Assembly: GCA_964447355.1 (NCBI GenBank)
Contig: CAYUSG010000001.1
Span: 9,217-73,216, forward strand
DNA from: an uncultured Paenibacillaceae bacterium
GTDB taxonomy: Bacteria; Bacillota; Bacilli; Paenibacillales; CAYUSG01
DNA: 64,000 nt
Reading direction: 5' to 3'
Shown here: in pieces, positions 53,868-63,520 of the stretch
How the letters are laid out: each line of letters opens with the position of its first letter
How positions within the stretch are numbered: position 1 is the first letter of the stretch
The notes under the pieces: generated by a model
Database searches by the model: none
Seen by the model: only the letters and a program-made list of their open reading frames with translations
Told to the model about the DNA's origin: nothing
Translations under genes and position numbers: made by a program

Positions 53868-56800
53868 TTAGATTAACCCTGATTGGCGAAGTAATCGCTC
53901 AATCATTACGGCTACCTCACCGCGTGTCATATAGGCTTTAGGGGCAAGCTCTGTGGAACTTCTTCCTGATACTATGCCCATCTCTACTGCGTTAGCAACA
54001 CCCTGCGCGGCCCAAGAAGATAAGTGATTCATATCGTGATACGACCGAAGTGTTTCTTCTATTGATGGAAGGGAAAGCTGATGAGTTAGCTTGGTAATCG
54101 CCATTGCATAATTAATAATAACCATGGCTTGTTCTCGTGTAATTCTCTCATTCGGACGGAACGTTCCGTCTTCGTAACCATTGATTAGATGATTGCCGTG
54201 TGCAGTTTTGACAACGTCGTTGTACCAATCTGAAGATGTAACATCGGTGAATTCAGTTGAACCCGCTTCTAGCTTCAAACCTAATCCACGAACCATGATC
54301 GCAGCAAACTCAGCGCGGGTAATCTCTCGGTCAGGACTAAACAATCCATTGCTTGTTCCGCTGATGACTAACCGTGAGCCCATGTCATTGATTACATCCA
54401 TTGCCCAATGCTGCTCGACATCTGCAAATTGTACAGGATTCCATATAATAGAATACGTGCTGTTCGTCAAACTGTTAATCTTTGCAAAATACGTTCCGTC
54501 TCTTTGAATGATCCTCGTCGGTACATGTCGTAAAGTTCCATCCTCCTCCAGGACAACAGCAGTCGTGATTTGGCCTGAATCTGCACCATCTGGCAACGGA
54601 ATTTCTCGCTCTACGAATGAATTGAATTTCGTTATTCGAACCCTCTGATCTGCATACTCTGCCGTGACTGTAAAATCAACTGGAGGTACAACAACAGTAT
54701 AGCCCCCATTATCTGCGCTTTCTTCAAGAAGATCTGCCTTCGTATTCCCGCTCTTGGCAATATCCACATGGATTATGACGTTCTCTAAATCCGTACCTGC
54801 ACCTAATTGTTCAGATAGCTGATCAATCATAACTTCGGAAGCAGGCAGCTTATATATGCCGATTGGCGTTTGAATTTCAACTGTCGCGTTTTTATTCTCG
54901 AGTACTTTGACTGCAGTGCCAGTAAATGCTGTGGATACTTCATCCGTACTTGCAGTTACAGGAATGATCACAGTTGACTGATGATCTGTTTGTTCTAACT
55001 GCTCCACTAATTGTTCCGTATTCACCGAAACGGTCAAAACAGTTCCTTCGTCTTGTACTTTTGTCGTTGCTGTTGCAATAGTTTGCACCGTCGTGTCCCC
55101 AATAGTGACGGCAAGGTCAATGACATCCAGATCTGTGCTATCAGTTTCATGGGTCTCGTCAATCTCTTCGGCTTCCTCAGAATCTGAGGTGTTGTCTGAA
55201 TCGTCTGAGTTGTCCGATTTGTCCGGTTCGCCTGATTCGTCCGGGGTGTTTGGTTCATCGGTTCCGTCCGTTTCGTCGGTATCTTCCGATGGGTCTTCTC
55301 CACCTTCACCAGAGGATGATGCCGTTGCTCTTGTCACATCAATCGTATAGGTTTTGGTCGTGCCATCTTGCGCAGTCACGATGATAGAAATCAAATTATG
55401 GCCCACATGAAGAGCGATTTCGCCACTAGTCATTCCGCTATCCACAGCAATACCATTGATTGTCATCGTTGCATGGCTTTCAGCGGCATTGGCGGTTATA
55501 TTCAAGCTGTTTACACTATTAGAAACACTAGCCGTATATGCTGTCGTTTTCACTGAGAAGCTTGGGTTTAATATCCCTTCAGATAAGGTCAAGTGACTTA
55601 AGTCTGCGTTATTGCTAAGCCGTTGCAGCGTTAAATTGTAATTATTCTGTGTACCGTCTTGCGCTTGCACTTGAATGTGTATGAGGGTTTCACCGACTAC
55701 AAGATTGTTAGCCTCATAATGGTACACATCCCCCGTTACCGTATGATAGACTGCTCCAGTTACGGTCAAACGCTGAAACGGATTACCTTTTTTGATATAA
55801 ATATCAACAGTCTTGACATCGTGCGGAACATCCAGCGTATAGTTCATTTCCGATGGAATGAAACCCAGATCTCCCTGAGTGACGGATACATCTCCAAGCA
55901 GCGCATTGCTGCTCAGCCACTGTGCATAGAGCGTGATGTCTGCTGTGATTGTCATGCTGTCTCCTGCATCATAACGTGTTCCGCTTCCATCCTCCGATGT
56001 ATTCCATCCCGCGAAGGTGTAGCCTGTTTTCACCAGATTTCCAGTATTCCCCGGCATCGTTAACTCTGTATCATAATCCCCTGTTACCGCATCGGGTACA
56101 GTTCCGTCCGTACTGCCGTTTCCGTCATAACTCACGGTATAAGCATTGATCGTCCACTTGGCATACAGCGTATGATCTGATGCCGTCTGTACGATGGTTA
56201 CGTCTGTCACTTTATTGCCTGTTCCACCCGCACCATCGTACCATCCTGCGAACGTGTAACCCGTTCGCGTCGGAGTCGGCAGTCCTTCCACCACTTCACC
56301 GTCCGCACCCTCCCCATAGGAGGAGCCGTATTGCTTCGTCTGTGTCACGGGATTCACATCGCCGCTTTCTGGATCGAAGGTGACTGTATAGGGGTTTGCC
56401 GTCCACTGCGCATACAGCGTGGTATCCTCCGTAATTGGCATGTTGTCGCCCACGTCGTAACGTGTTCCGCTTCCATCCTCCGATGTATTCCATCCCGCGA
56501 AGGTGTAGCCTGTTTTCACCAGATTTCCAGTATTCCCCGGCATCGTTAACTCTGTATCATAATCCCCTGTTACCGCATCGGGTACAGTTCCGTCCGTACT
56601 GCCGTTTCCGTCATAACTCACGGTATAAGCATTGATCGTCCACTTGGCATACAGCGTATGATCTGATGCCGTCTGTACGATGGTTACGTCTGTCACTTTA
56701 TTGCCTGTTCCACCCGCACCATCGTACCATCCTGCAAACGTGTACCCCGTTCGCGTCGGGGTCGGCAGTCCTTCCACCGCTTCACCGTCCGCACCCTTCC

Positions 56801-58124
56801 CATAGGAGGAGCCGTATTGCTTCGTTTGGGTCGCGGGATTCACATCGCCGCTCTCTGGATCGAAGGTGACTGTATAGGGGTTTACCATCCACTGCGCATA
56901 CAGCGTGGTATCCTCTGTAATTGGCATGTTGTCGCCCACGTCATAACGTGTTCCGCTTCCATCCTCCGATGTATTCCATCCCGCGAAGGTGTAGCCTGTT
57001 TTCACCAAATCTCCCTGTCCAGCAACATAAACAGCTTCCGTTACACTCGGATGATATGAAGTGTTGTCAAATGGCGATTCTCCTCCTGTGTTGCCATTGC
57101 CATCGTAGGTAACATAAGCCTGAATCGTTTTTAAATAAGGATAGCCATTATGATGCAGCTGATCTTTGCCTGAAACATCTATGTTCCAAATGTCCGCAAA
57201 ATCCCATCCCGCGTCCACATAGGTGCTTTTCAACTGCATTTCCGAAGTGGGCAGCCCTGTACCTTTATCGACATCATTTTGACCCGTTGTATCCTGGTCA
57301 TAGAAGCTGGCCGTATTATCCCCGTCATCCTTAGAGCCAACTAAGCCACCCACACGAGTACCATCCTGCAAACTGCCTATAGCGTAACTGTGGATGATCT
57401 CTCCATCCACTTGATGACCAAGCAGACCGCCTAAATAACCATCTCCCCTAACATTAACTGCACTATAACTATCACGAATACTCCCATTCGTTAGAGCACC
57501 CACCAAGCCGCCTACACCAGCTTCCCCTTCTACATGTCCCTTCGAATAGCTTTGACTGATTTCCCCATCATATTGCACCCCTAACAAACCGCCTACATAT
57601 ATAGCACCTACCACATTTCCTGTGCTGTAACTATGGCTGATTTCCCCTCCAAGTAGCCTGCCCACCAATGCGCCACAAAAATGGTTACATGTCACATCAA
57701 CATCAATCAAACCTACATTCTTAATTTCCGCACCTGCGCTCATCGCACCAAATAATCCGACACTAGTTGAATAGGCTCGATTAATTCGTAATCCCGTAAT
57801 CGTGTGACCATTTCCGTCAAATACACCTAAAAAATTAGAAATCGGTAACCAGCCAGAGCCGTAGTTATAACCACCCCCACCTTCCGCAAGATAATCTGCC
57901 AGATCAATATCTGCGATCAGTTTGAAGTGTTGATCTTCGTGATATCTGACCTCGTTGAATTGCTCTGGCGTTTCTATGAGGTAAGGATGATCTGCTGAAC
58001 CCTCTCCTCCTGCAAAGGATACCCCATCCGCGTAAACGGTTGGCACTGCGCTCATCAACACCGCTCCCAACAACAGTACGAAAGCCAGAAATGCATGCAA
58101 TGCTATCTTTATCTTCCTAATCAT
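53868..58124 (-). CDS. 1418-aa surface protein: signal peptide, GLUG-motif region, Listeria-Bacteroides (Flg_new) repeats, cadherin-like beta-sandwich domains, acidic linker, three SLH domains
   Basis: GLUG-type repeats (VGGLLG, VGGLVG, LGGLLG). Repeated TGYTFAGWNTSEDGSGTRYDVGDNMPITEDTTLYAQW. LSHLTLSEGILNPSFSVKTTAYTASVSNSVNSLNITA (cadherin-like). D/E/S/T-rich linker SSGEGGEDPSEDTDETDGTDEPNTPDESGEPDKSDNSDDSDNTSDSEEAEE. C-terminal SLH (FADVEQHWAMDVINDMGSRLVISG...). Confidence 0.85.
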   Translation of the reverse strand: MIRKIKIALHAFLAFVLLLGAVLMSAVPTVYADGVSFAGGEGSADHPYLIETPEQFNEVRYHEDQHFKLIADIDLADYLAEGGGGYNYGSGWLPISNFLGVFDGNGHTITGLRINRAYSTSVGLFGAMSAGAEIKNVGLIDVDVTCNHFCGALVGRLLGGEISHSYSTGNVVGAIYVGGLLGVQYDGEISQSYSKGHVEGEAGVGGLVGALTNGSIRDSYSAVNVRGDGYLGGLLGHQVDGEIIHSYAIGSLQDGTRVGGLVGSKDDGDNTASFYDQDTTGQNDVDKGTGLPTSEMQLKSTYVDAGWDFADIWNIDVSGKDQLHHNGYPYLKTIQAYVTYDGNGNTGGESPFDNTSYHPSVTEAVYVAGQGDLVKTGYTFAGWNTSEDGSGTRYDVGDNMPITEDTTLYAQWMVNPYTVTFDPESGDVNPATQTKQYGSSYGKGADGEAVEGLPTPTRTGYTFAGWYDGAGGTGNKVTDVTIVQTASDHTLYAKWTINAYTVSYDGNGSTDGTVPDAVTGDYDTELTMPGNTGNLVKTGYTFAGWNTSEDGSGTRYDVGDNMPITEDTTLYAQWTANPYTVTFDPESGDVNPVTQTKQYGSSYGEGADGEVVEGLPTPTRTGYTFAGWYDGAGGTGNKVTDVTIVQTASDHTLYAKWTINAYTVSYDGNGSTDGTVPDAVTGDYDTELTMPGNTGNLVKTGYTFAGWNTSEDGSGTRYDAGDSMTITADITLYAQWLSSNALLGDVSVTQGDLGFIPSEMNYTLDVPHDVKTVDIYIKKGNPFQRLTVTGAVYHTVTGDVYHYEANNLVVGETLIHIQVQAQDGTQNNYNLTLQRLSNNADLSHLTLSEGILNPSFSVKTTAYTASVSNSVNSLNITANAAESHATMTINGIAVDSGMTSGEIALHVGHNLISIIVTAQDGTTKTYTIDVTRATASSSGEGGEDPSEDTDETDGTDEPNTPDESGEPDKSDNSDDSDNTSDSEEAEEIDETHETDSTDLDVIDLAVTIGDTTVQTIATATTKVQDEGTVLTVSVNTEQLVEQLEQTDHQSTVIIPVTASTDEVSTAFTGTAVKVLENKNATVEIQTPIGIYKLPASEVMIDQLSEQLGAGTDLENVIIHVDIAKSGNTKADLLEESADNGGYTVVVPPVDFTVTAEYADQRVRITKFNSFVEREIPLPDGADSGQITTAVVLEEDGTLRHVPTRIIQRDGTYFAKINSLTNSTYSIIWNPVQFADVEQHWAMDVINDMGSRLVISGTSNGLFSPDREITRAEFAAIMVRGLGLKLEAGSTEFTDVTSSDWYNDVVKTAHGNHLINGYEDGTFRPNERITREQAMVIINYAMAITKLTHQLSLPSIEETLRSYHDMNHLSSWAAQGVANAVEMGIVSGRSSTELAPKAYMTRGEVAVMIERLLRQSGLI
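55915..57010 (-). repeat. About 2.2 copies of a 486-bp (162-aa) tandem duplication inside the 1418-aa gene
   Basis: Period 486 bp (55972 aligns with 56458 and with 56944). Copy 55972-56457 differs from copy 56458-56943 at roughly a dozen positions by hand count, and the first 275 bp or so are identical. A partial third copy diverges after about 57005. Confidence 0.92.
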
Positions 58125-58244
58125 GTACTCATACCTCCCACTCTAAAAAACAGGCTTATCTGAGATGCTTGACCATCCAGTCTATTGGTCCTATGAATCT
58201 ATCACACCCTACTGATCAAATTCTGAACAACTGAACAAGCACAG

Positions 58245-58269
58245 CAAAAAAGCGACACTATGGCCGCTT
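58245..58269 (-). terminator. Intrinsic terminator of the sensor/regulator operon
   Basis: Minus RNA: AAGCGGC-CAUAGU-GUCGCUU (one G-U pair), followed by UUUUUGCUG. It lies 32 nt after the regulator stop codon. Confidence 0.6.
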
Positions 58270-58300
58270 AGTCAAAGAATCGCTATTCATATCATTGAAT

Positions 58301-59437
58301 TCACTTCAACCGAGCGTACAGCTCCTCATACAATGCTTGGGTTGACGGTCTTACCTCTATCCCTACTTCCTCCAAGTAAACCTTGTTCATATATTCAAAA
58401 TGAGTGGACAATGCTGCACGGTCCTCCAATTCGGCATAACAGATCAGCAGCATATCATGACAGTCCTCTTGCAAGGAGCCCTTGGCGATCAATTCTTGTA
58501 ACCGAAGCACGGCTTCCGTATACATCCCTTGTTGCATATAGTAAGCGGACATCGCCTTCATCATCTTTGTATAATACATGAATAATTGCTGCTTAAACCC
58601 TGCAGCCCAACGGTAATCATTCACTTCCAGATAATGACCCCGATATAGTGTTGCTGCCCTCTCATATAGTTGAATATTCACTTGTGTCATCTCACTAGCA
58701 GAAGAAACCGCGTGCGAAAATTCATCTATATCGCAAGATATGCCATCCATGGTCAAGTCATAACTGTCATGACTATATTCCACCGTCACACGCTGATCCA
58801 AGCCATGTTGCTTGATCGTCTTACGTATTTGATATATGCACGTATGCAGATACGTTGTGGCTCGCGCAACTCCCATCTCAGGCCACACATCCTCTACAAT
58901 CTTCTCCTTGTGCACACTCTCGCCGCGATGATGCGCCAAGTAAGCAAACAATTCCTTCGCTTTGCTCGTGCGCCATTTGACTTGCTTCCACTGTTGCGGA
59001 CCTACCAGCAATTGAAAAGCACCGAAACAATTCATGCGGCCTTCATTAGATGGTGTATCGAGCTGCTTCACGATATTAAACGCTGATTTCAGCTTCTCTA
59101 TCGTTTTAGCCATCCGGCCAGGTCTGACCGGCTTTAACAAATAATCCATCGCATCCACCTCGAATGCTTCCACCGCATATTGGTCATATGCAGTGACAAA
59201 TACGATGTGGTGCGCACAATCAAGCGCAAGAATTCTTCGTGCCATCTCAAGTCCTTGAATCCCTGGCATCTCCATGTCCAGAAATACGACATGTCGGGTT
59301 AATTCACTTAGATGTTCAAGCGCATGGTTCGGATTCATGAACGTTCCAACGACTTCAACTTGTTCAACGTTCGCTAGCACATCCTGCAGTGCATCAATCG
59401 CATTCTTCTCGTCATCAATGATGATTGCTTTTATCAT
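58301..59437 (-). CDS. Response regulator: REC domain plus winged-helix and BTAD (SARP-like) output
   Basis: REC (IIIDDEKNAIDAL...HVVFLDMEMPGIQGLEMAR...DYLLKP). The C-terminal helical/TPR-like region resembles bacterial transcriptional activator domains. Its ATG lies inside the last 23 nt of the sensor gene. Confidence 0.8.
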   Translation of the reverse strand: MIKAIIIDDEKNAIDALQDVLANVEQVEVVGTFMNPNHALEHLSELTRHVVFLDMEMPGIQGLEMARRILALDCAHHIVFVTAYDQYAVEAFEVDAMDYLLKPVRPGRMAKTIEKLKSAFNIVKQLDTPSNEGRMNCFGAFQLLVGPQQWKQVKWRTSKAKELFAYLAHHRGESVHKEKIVEDVWPEMGVARATTYLHTCIYQIRKTIKQHGLDQRVTVEYSHDSYDLTMDGISCDIDEFSHAVSSASEMTQVNIQLYERAATLYRGHYLEVNDYRWAAGFKQQLFMYYTKMMKAMSAYYMQQGMYTEAVLRLQELIAKGSLQEDCHDMLLICYAELEDRAALSTHFEYMNKVYLEEVGIEVRPSTQALYEELYARLK

Positions 59438-62400
59438 GAATTGCCGTCACCTCCCTCTCCTCAGATCTTATCGTTTCCGTATCCTTCGGGATGTGAATGG
59501 TCACTTTCGTTCCGACATCCTTCCTGCTTTCGATCTGTAATCCGATGCCATACATGCGTTTCAACCTTTGATGAATATTGTACAAGCCAATACCTCTATC
59601 GGCATTTCGCTCAGCTAGCAGCATCTTTCGTTTGTCCTCAGCGATCCCGACCCCATCATCCTCCACCTGAATGACAATCCACTGCGTATCTTGTGTCACC
59701 CGAATGTGTACACGGCCTCCGTCTAATCTTTGCATCGCACCATGTCGTATCGCATTTTCTACCAATGGTTGAATACTTAATGGAGGGATGGGTAACGACA
59801 CCGATGCATCCACATCATATTCAACCTTCAGTCGTTCTTCAAATCGTGCCTGCTCAATCGCAACATAGGCAGATACGAGTTCTAATTCGTTCTCCAACGA
59901 CACCAATTTTTGTTTCTGATGAAAATCAAAGCTACCGCGCAAATAGTAACTAAGCTCCGTTAATAGAGAGCTGGCCTTCTTAGGATCACGCGGACATATC
60001 CCGATGATCGTATTTAAAGCATTATACAGAAAATGCGGTTTAATTTGAGCGCGTAAAAATGATAAGTCCGACTGAATCGCCATCTCCACAGATGATTTTA
60101 ACTCGAGCAAAGTCTTTACCCGAGCTTTTAATTCATGGCTGTAAAAGGGCTTGACCAGAAAATCATTAGCGCCTGCAGAAAAAGCGCTGATCATGTCTTC
60201 CGGCTCATTCTTGACCGTCGCCATCAAGACCGGCAGCTCCGACAATGTATACCGCTCTCTTATGACTTTCACGACTTCGTAACCCGACAATTTAGGCATC
60301 ATGACATCAACAATCGCTAGATCGACCGTTTGTTCAGCTAAGATCTCCAAAGCTTGCTCGCCATCATGCGCAATCCATACCTGATATGGCTCCTGCGCCA
60401 GCACTTGACGAATGACCTGCAAGTTAACGGGATCGTCATCTACCGCTAGAATTGTATACTTGTGCGTCCCATCGGAAATGTAGGAATGGTGTGAGGTGGG
60501 TGGGACCACTACTTCACCAGTACGATTACGATGCACATCCTCTGCGTTTATCTCATGCGCTTGCTTTGTGCTTATGGGCAGTGTAAAAGTAAACGTAGAG
60601 CCAACCCCCTGCTCCGACTGAACGCTGATCCGTCCTCCATTTAACTCCACCAGCTGTTTACTTATCGACAACCCCAGACCCGTTCCCCCGTATTCTCTGG
60701 ACACCGCAGCACCGACCTGTTCAAACGATTGAAAAATCAATTCTCGCTTTGCTTCAGCAATGCCAATGCCACTATCCGAAACTCGCACTTCAACCCTATC
60801 TCCTTGCCGCTCAGCTGAAATCTTAATACTTCCCTCATCAGTAAACTTGATCGCGTTGCCTACTAGATTGTAAAGAATTTGGGACACACGATTCTCATCT
60901 GCATACACATGAGGGAGATCCTCGCTGACCTCCAGCTCCAAGCGAATAGGTTTATCCCCTATATAGTGCCGAAAAATCTCTAAATTAGCTTTGATCAGTG
61001 CCTGTAAGGACACACTTCTTCGTTCAAGCTTAATCTCATTATTCTTTAATTTAGAGAAATCCAGAATATCCTCAATTAATTTCGTCAGCCTGCGCGCCAC
61101 AGAAACCACAACAGACAAATTACGTTTCTGTACTGCGTTGATGCTCCCGCTGGAGCCTTCCATCATCGACTGCGACAAGTTAATAATGCCATGCAGCGGC
61201 GTCTTTAACTCGTGTGAGGTATTGACCAGAAATTCATCCTTTAATCGGTCTAACGAAAGCAGCTGCTCCGACATATGTTCCACCGTTTGAAATGCTTTCG
61301 TAAACCTGCGGGCAAGAATGACGGCCTGCACAAAAACCAGCACAAACAAACCAAGCAAAACAATCTGCTTCTCCAAATACTGTATCGTATTGGCATGGTT
61401 CATAAGCTCCGAAATATAAAACAGATTGAAATAAATATCATGAAAAATCGTAAGCACAAACACAGTAATTCCAAAAAACTGCAGCCCGGAACCATCGCGT
61501 TTACGCCACAGCGCCAATGACACAGCGTAGATCAAATACAATCCGAGCGCGATGAAGAATAGGTGATAATAACGGATCAAATACGTATACACGCTTAGTG
61601 AAAAAACAATCGTTGTCAGGAAAAAGACACTAGACACAGCCATCACTATCATCATGGCGACCTTGGAAATCTCTTGCGGATATAACTCCTTCAAGTAGAG
61701 CGTTAAGACGGCAACGCCTCCGTAATAAGTAAAATAAATGATACCCGTGATGAGCGCAATTGACGTATTAGGAAATAAATTAAGAATAAAAATTTCATCC
61801 ACCACTAATAAACGAAGCGCTCCAATAAAACAGCCTAGTGCAAAATACAGCGCGATTCTTTCCTTGGGTCGAAGGATATAAATCGCCAAATGATACAAAC
61901 CCATAAAGAAAAACACACCTAGCAGCATGAGGTTCATGGACAGATTATTCTCACGCAGTTGGGTCACTTGATGTTCCGTACCCAGATCCAGCGCATACCA
62001 CATGCCGCCTCGATCATACAAATAATTGGACACTTGTACAATGATGTCAAATTCATTGTTTTCAGGCTGAAAATGGACTACCTGAGGCGCATAGCGTGCG
62101 ATCGACTGCTGCTGAGTATCGGCAACTTGTCCGCAAGTCGCAATCGTTTGACCCTCAATCATGATGTTACAGGAGGTTGATATATCGGGGATTTTTAATG
62201 CAAGCTTATTCGTGTCACCTTGCGTGATAACTCGCAAACGATAGGTCGCATAGCCGTGACCTGGCAACGGTTCACCCTGCTCCTCATAATTCGTCCATAC
62301 ATTCGGCACTTCAACCCACATCTTGTTCAAAGGTGGTGTATTCTTCGCTACCTCGTCTGCAGTTAACAACGCGCTCCAATAAAATTCCCATTCTCCTTTA

Positions 62401-62597
62401 AGGTTCACGATACCCTGCTGTTCAAAATTCCAATCCGTTAGATCTAGCACACCATGCACGGCAACAGGTTCAGCCGGATGGGCTTCAGCTTGACCCGTTG
62501 GTTCGCTAAGCAGAGCAAACAGAACCGCTATAAGGACAAGTCCTAGCAATACAAGTCCTATGATCTGTTTCTTGGATACGATCAAAATATCACCCAC
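59415..62597 (-). CDS. 1060-aa sensor: 7TMR-DISMED2 + 7TM, HisKA/HATPase_c, REC, then a second LytS/YehU-type His_kinase + HATPase core
   Basis: GVLDLTDWNFEQQGIVNLKGEWEFYWSALL (DISMED2). Seven hydrophobic helices. H-box NTSHELKTPLHGIINLSQSM and G-boxes GTGLGLSISKQLVELNGG. REC ILAVDDDPVNLQV...DLAIVDVMMPKLSGYEV. Second H-box LRAQIKPHFLYNALNTI with PLVENAIRHG and DDGVGI...GIGLYNIHQRL. The GTG start has no clear SD. Confidence 0.8.
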   Translation of the reverse strand: MGDILIVSKKQIIGLVLLGLVLIAVLFALLSEPTGQAEAHPAEPVAVHGVLDLTDWNFEQQGIVNLKGEWEFYWSALLTADEVAKNTPPLNKMWVEVPNVWTNYEEQGEPLPGHGYATYRLRVITQGDTNKLALKIPDISTSCNIMIEGQTIATCGQVADTQQQSIARYAPQVVHFQPENNEFDIIVQVSNYLYDRGGMWYALDLGTEHQVTQLRENNLSMNLMLLGVFFFMGLYHLAIYILRPKERIALYFALGCFIGALRLLVVDEIFILNLFPNTSIALITGIIYFTYYGGVAVLTLYLKELYPQEISKVAMMIVMAVSSVFFLTTIVFSLSVYTYLIRYYHLFFIALGLYLIYAVSLALWRKRDGSGLQFFGITVFVLTIFHDIYFNLFYISELMNHANTIQYLEKQIVLLGLFVLVFVQAVILARRFTKAFQTVEHMSEQLLSLDRLKDEFLVNTSHELKTPLHGIINLSQSMMEGSSGSINAVQKRNLSVVVSVARRLTKLIEDILDFSKLKNNEIKLERRSVSLQALIKANLEIFRHYIGDKPIRLELEVSEDLPHVYADENRVSQILYNLVGNAIKFTDEGSIKISAERQGDRVEVRVSDSGIGIAEAKRELIFQSFEQVGAAVSREYGGTGLGLSISKQLVELNGGRISVQSEQGVGSTFTFTLPISTKQAHEINAEDVHRNRTGEVVVPPTSHHSYISDGTHKYTILAVDDDPVNLQVIRQVLAQEPYQVWIAHDGEQALEILAEQTVDLAIVDVMMPKLSGYEVVKVIRERYTLSELPVLMATVKNEPEDMISAFSAGANDFLVKPFYSHELKARVKTLLELKSSVEMAIQSDLSFLRAQIKPHFLYNALNTIIGICPRDPKKASSLLTELSYYLRGSFDFHQKQKLVSLENELELVSAYVAIEQARFEERLKVEYDVDASVSLPIPPLSIQPLVENAIRHGAMQRLDGGRVHIRVTQDTQWIVIQVEDDGVGIAEDKRKMLLAERNADRGIGLYNIHQRLKRMYGIGLQIESRKDVGTKVTIHIPKDTETIRSEEREVTAIHDKSNHH

Positions 62598-62670
62598 ATG
62601 TGTTGGATTTGTATATTTGGTATATTCGACATAAATCTTGTTTCCCTTTATCTTTGACTTGAATTTGGCA

Positions 62671-62716
62671 AAAAAATAAAAAAAGAACCCTAACCGTCAG
62701 GATAAAGTTCTCTTCT
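62671..62716 (-). terminator. Probable intrinsic terminator of arr
   Basis: Minus RNA: GAAGAGAAC...GUUCUUUUU stem (weak, with G-U pairs), followed by a long U-run UUUUUUUAUUUUUUU. Confidence 0.4.
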
Positions 62717-62770
62717 ATATGTTGCACGGCTTAATTACTGGGCTGTCTTATCGAACATTCAGAGTGTAGG

Positions 62771-63520
62771 TCAGTTAATAATGTCGCCCTTGTTTTTCGC
62801 TAATTTATCGCGCCATTCACTGCGCTCCGTAGTAGTTAGTTGCGCCCACTCTGTTACTTCACCAATAATTCTTAAAGGCTCTTGTGAGCGATATGAACGT
62901 GTTAAGTTCCCCGGGAACTTTTTGTCCGTAACATTGGGATCGTCTTCAAATTCACCTGTTGGCTCTATGATATAAACGCGGTCGCTTCCTTCTCCCTTTG
63001 CAAGTGCTGCTGCCAGGCCTGCACCGTGGACATTGGCAGTGAAATAAATGTGGTTCATCTTAAGCTCAGATTTGTAATTTGAAATTCCACCCGCTGTCAG
63101 TAAATCACCCACCTGCAAATCGGCCTTTGTCCCATGATAAAAGGGTCCTTCATCAGTAGGCACACCTTTATATGAATTGGACAATTCATAATTCCTTTTG
63201 GCACTATCAGAATCACTCAACGCCTCATAACATTGGGCAATGTTTAAATATAACGTTGGGTATGCACTCTTCACATTCTCATCATTTATATGTTGTGCAC
63301 ACTGCAAAGATGTTTCCATCCATTTCAATTTGTCTGCCGTACTTTTTTGTTGACGGGCTAAGTGATAAGCTGCGATGAATCGTTCATAATCGTTTGTTGC
63401 TTCGTGCCATGCTTTTTGAAACACCGTGGTTGCGCCTTCAATATCCCCGCTATCTTCCAGGTTCATTCCACTTATACAGCGTTTAATAATTTCGTTATTG
63501 GGGTCAAATTTTATATTCAT
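62771..63520 (-). CDS. arr: NAD+-rifampin ADP-ribosyltransferase (Arr) with an N-terminal helical (TPR-like) extension of about 115 aa
   Basis: FYHGTKADLQVGDLLTAG...NHIYFTANVHGAGLAAALAKGEGSDRVYIIEPTGEFEDDPNVTDKKFPGNLTRSYRSQEPLRIIGEV closely follows the Arr core as I remember it from mycobacterial Arr (…YFTA…EPTG.FEDDPNVTDKKFPGNPT.SYR…). Confidence 0.85.
   Translation of the reverse strand: MNIKFDPNNEIIKRCISGMNLEDSGDIEGATTVFQKAWHEATNDYERFIAAYHLARQQKSTADKLKWMETSLQCAQHINDENVKSAYPTLYLNIAQCYEALSDSDSAKRNYELSNSYKGVPTDEGPFYHGTKADLQVGDLLTAGGISNYKSELKMNHIYFTANVHGAGLAAALAKGEGSDRVYIIEPTGEFEDDPNVTDKKFPGNLTRSYRSQEPLRIIGEVTEWAQLTTTERSEWRDKLAKNKGDIIN

Noticed and set aside
55093-57112. A family of repeated 60-134-aa plus-strand ORFs (for example 55949..56149 and 56435..56635, nearly identical)
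   Set aside because: Their near-identity simply reflects the 486-bp tandem duplication in the minus-strand surface-protein gene. They are antisense artefacts.
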